A stretch of 50,888 bases of DNA from a virus. Lineage: Duplodnaviria; Caudoviricetes. The stretch spans positions 1-50,888 of IMG/VR virus record IMGVR_UViG_3300049828_000581; one strand, given 5' to 3'. Under the pieces are notes generated by a model. It had not been told where the DNA came from and did not search any database. It saw only the letters and a list, made by a program, of their open reading frames with translations. Positions 48,821 to 50,888 of this stretch are shown in pieces. The translations under genes were made by a program, and so were the position numbers. Numbering within the stretch: position 1 is the stretch's first letter; every line of letters starts with the position of its first letter.

Positions 48821-50888
48821 GCGATATAATACATGTAATAAGAGCGACGGTAAACCCAAACGCTGCCCCAACGCGGGTGGGTCAACATTGGATAAACGAA
48901 ACCACTAAAGTAATGTGGATGTCAGTTGGCACGTCATCTTTGTCAGATTGGATAATCTTTGGCGACTCCCCAACAGTAAAAATAACCTCAAACGATACCA
49001 CAGCAGATTACCTCGGGTCAAAATTAAGTGCCGGAGCAGGTATCGCGCTAGCCATATTGAATCCCGGCGGGGATGAGATTATTGAAATCTCAGCTCCTGA
49101 CGCCACAACCGACGAGAAGGTTAAAATCTCCGCCAATGATACAACTGCTGGATATCTTAACCCAAAACTAACGGTCAGCAACGGCATTAACGCCGCCTCA
49201 CCGCTCGAAAAGTCCATCACAAGTCCGTCGAGTAACGAGGGGCTTAACCTTCAGTTTGATCAAACTAAATTATCTATTACGGCATCTCAGGTATCAGATT
49301 TTTCTGAAGCCGTTGATGATCGTTTGGCGTCTTTGTTGGTTGCCGGCGCGGGTATTTCGTTATCTTACAACGATCCTTCTAATACATTAACGATATCATC
49401 TACCATCACACAATACACCAATGAAGACGCCCAGGATGCTGTCGGAGGGATACTAACAGACACATCTTCTGTGGACTTTACTTATAACGATGCAGGTAAT
49501 TCAATATCTGCTGCTGTTATACCTGGTGGAGTTAATCACAATCTTTTAGCTAACTACGTTGCCAATGAGCATATTAACCACAGTTCTGTATCACTGATTG
49601 CCGGAACAGGTATTTCCGCCTCAGGACTTGGTGATTTAACATCATCCAGGACTATCAACCTCGCAAACTCAGGAGTAACTGCATCATCGTATGGCAGCGC
49701 TAGTCAGGTAGGGACATTCACGGTTGATGCTACCGGTCGTCTAACTGCAGCAGCTAACGTAGCGATTTCATTGGCTGCATCCGCTATTACTGATTTTAAT
49801 GAAGCGGCTCAGGATGCTGTCGGAGGGATACTAACAGACACATCTTCTGTGGACTTTACTTATAACGATGCAGGTAATTCAATATCTGCTGCTGTTATAC
49901 CTGGTGGAGTTAATCACGACGCATTACAAAATTGGGTTGCCAATAAACACATTGATCATAGCGCAGTCTCAATTACTGGCGGCACTGGTTTAACAGGCGG
50001 CGGTGATATTACTACCTCCAGAACCATTTCAATGCCAAATGTTGGTACTCCTGGCACATATGGTAGCGCTACACAAGTACCTGTTTTTACGACCGATGCG
50101 CAAGGTCGCGTTACTAGCGTCACAAACACTTCTGTTACCGCAACGGTATCTATTACCGAAGGTCAGGTTGGTTTTGGCGATCCAAGTAACCTACTTACTA
50201 GCGATTCCAATCTTTTTTGGGATAACACTAATAAACGGCTAGGTATAGGAACTAATGCTCCTACTGCTCAACTTCATTTAGCTGACCAAAACGGACAAAA
50301 TGCCATTTTTGAGCAAGCTAATAACTCACTGAATGAGTCGGCTTATTTTGAGTACCGAAAATCTAAAGGTACATTGGCATCTAAGTTAGCGGTCGCCGCA
50401 AACGATAAGCTGGGTGGCTGGGGTGGATTTGGCTGGAAAGGCGCTGATTACGGTTTTGCAGGTGAAATGCTTTTTTACGCCGAGGCTGGATTCACAGATA
50501 CCTCAACCCCCGGCTACTTCATAGTATCGACCACGCCGGTTGGGTCTACATCGCCAGTTGAGCGCCTAAGAATTAACTCAACAGGATTAGGTATTTGGAG
50601 CAGCGCTTTAAGAATAGGTTCAACTACGGATACCACAAACGGTAATATACGTTACGACGGCAGCGAATTTCAGATACGCGAAAGCGCAACATGGAAACCG
50701 ATAGCCCAAACCCCTCTCAGTTTCACATCAACAACGGCGCAGAACTCTACTAGCGCAGCGTTCGCAGCTCTGTCTAGTATTTCTACCACCCCAGCAGCTG
50801 GATCATATAAGCTTGATTTTACTGCAAGTGCGCAAGTATCCTCGGCAACGTCCACAGGAGAGTGGGCTGTTTTTGTGGACGGAGTGGA
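48817..50888 (+). CDS. Tail fibre-like protein, 3'-truncated (not in ORF track)
   Basis: Open frame from the GTG at 48817 to the window end (about 690 codons); AQDAVG.IL, YGSA.QV..FT.DA.GR.T and LFWDNTNKRLGIGT fibre motifs. Confidence 0.88.
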   Translation, partial: MSDIIHVIRATVNPNAAPTRVGQHWINETTKVMWMSVGTSSLSDWIIFGDSPTVKITSNDTTADYLGSKLSAGAGIALAILNPGGDEIIEISAPDATTDEKVKISANDTTAGYLNPKLTVSNGINAASPLEKSITSPSSNEGLNLQFDQTKLSITASQVSDFSEAVDDRLASLLVAGAGISLSYNDPSNTLTISSTITQYTNEDAQDAVGGILTDTSSVDFTYNDAGNSISAAVIPGGVNHNLLANYVANEHINHSSVSLIAGTGISASGLGDLTSSRTINLANSGVTASSYGSASQVGTFTVDATGRLTAAANVAISLAASAITDFNEAAQDAVGGILTDTSSVDFTYNDAGNSISAAVIPGGVNHDALQNWVANKHIDHSAVSITGGTGLTGGGDITTSRTISMPNVGTPGTYGSATQVPVFTTDAQGRVTSVTNTSVTATVSITEGQVGFGDPSNLLTSDSNLFWDNTNKRLGIGTNAPTAQLHLADQNGQNAIFEQANNSLNESAYFEYRKSKGTLASKLAVAANDKLGGWGGFGWKGADYGFAGEMLFYAEAGFTDTSTPGYFIVSTTPVGSTSPVERLRINSTGLGIWSSALRIGSTTDTTNGNIRYDGSEFQIRESATWKPIAQTPLSFTSTTAQNSTSAAFAALSSISTTPAAGSYKLDFTASAQVSSATSTGEWAVFVDGV
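49432..49917 (+). repeat. Exact 108-bp direct repeat (49432-49539 and 49810-49917)
   Basis: Identical nucleotide copies encoding QDAVGGILTDTSSVDFTYNDAGNSISAAVIPGGVNH. Confidence 0.95.

Noticed and set aside
49008-50855. Short ORFs 49008-49220, 50003-50242 and 50670-50855
   Set aside because: They lie within the long tail-fibre frame that the track omitted because it lacks a stop in the window.
1-50888. Genome-wide TAG recoding (genetic code 15)
   Set aside because: Long genes (terL, portal, helicases, fibre) are intact in code 11 with no internal TAG; only one gene is clearly interrupted.

Overview
A 50.9-kb segment of a large tailed dsDNA phage (Caudoviricetes) genome. No rRNA, tRNA, CRISPR array or integrase was seen. 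Core phage genes are dispersed rather than clustered. They include a peptidase-M15 endolysin with a holin-like neighbour (7.8-8.6 kb), a probable small terminase, a large terminase carrying a LAGLIDADG intein, a portal and a head-morphogenesis protein (9.7-19.2 kb), a prohead protease (32 kb), and virion/tail-fibre genes running off the right end (45-50.9 kb). Dense accessory blocks lie between them. Main observations: (1) an array of about 13 translationally coupled, hypervariable 50-87 aa microproteins joined by a conserved GATGTATAA(T/C)TAC junction (4.3-6.7 kb); (2) a 714-bp transposase-less element with perfect 18-bp terminal inverted repeats, carrying a CheY-like receiver gene and splitting an NadR/AAA-type P-loop gene whose frame is restored on excision; (3) an operon in which an SF2 helicase is flanked by two paralogous 52-aa-repeat proteins that vary mainly at a di-residue; (4) at least seven sigma-28 (FliA)-consensus promoters upstream of accessory operons, suggesting a flagellated host (Bdellovibrionota-like by inference only); (5) a candidate structured ncRNA of about 245 nt; (6) a homing-endonuclease-like gene broken by a single in-frame TAG. 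All family assignments come from motif recognition by eye, not from database searches.
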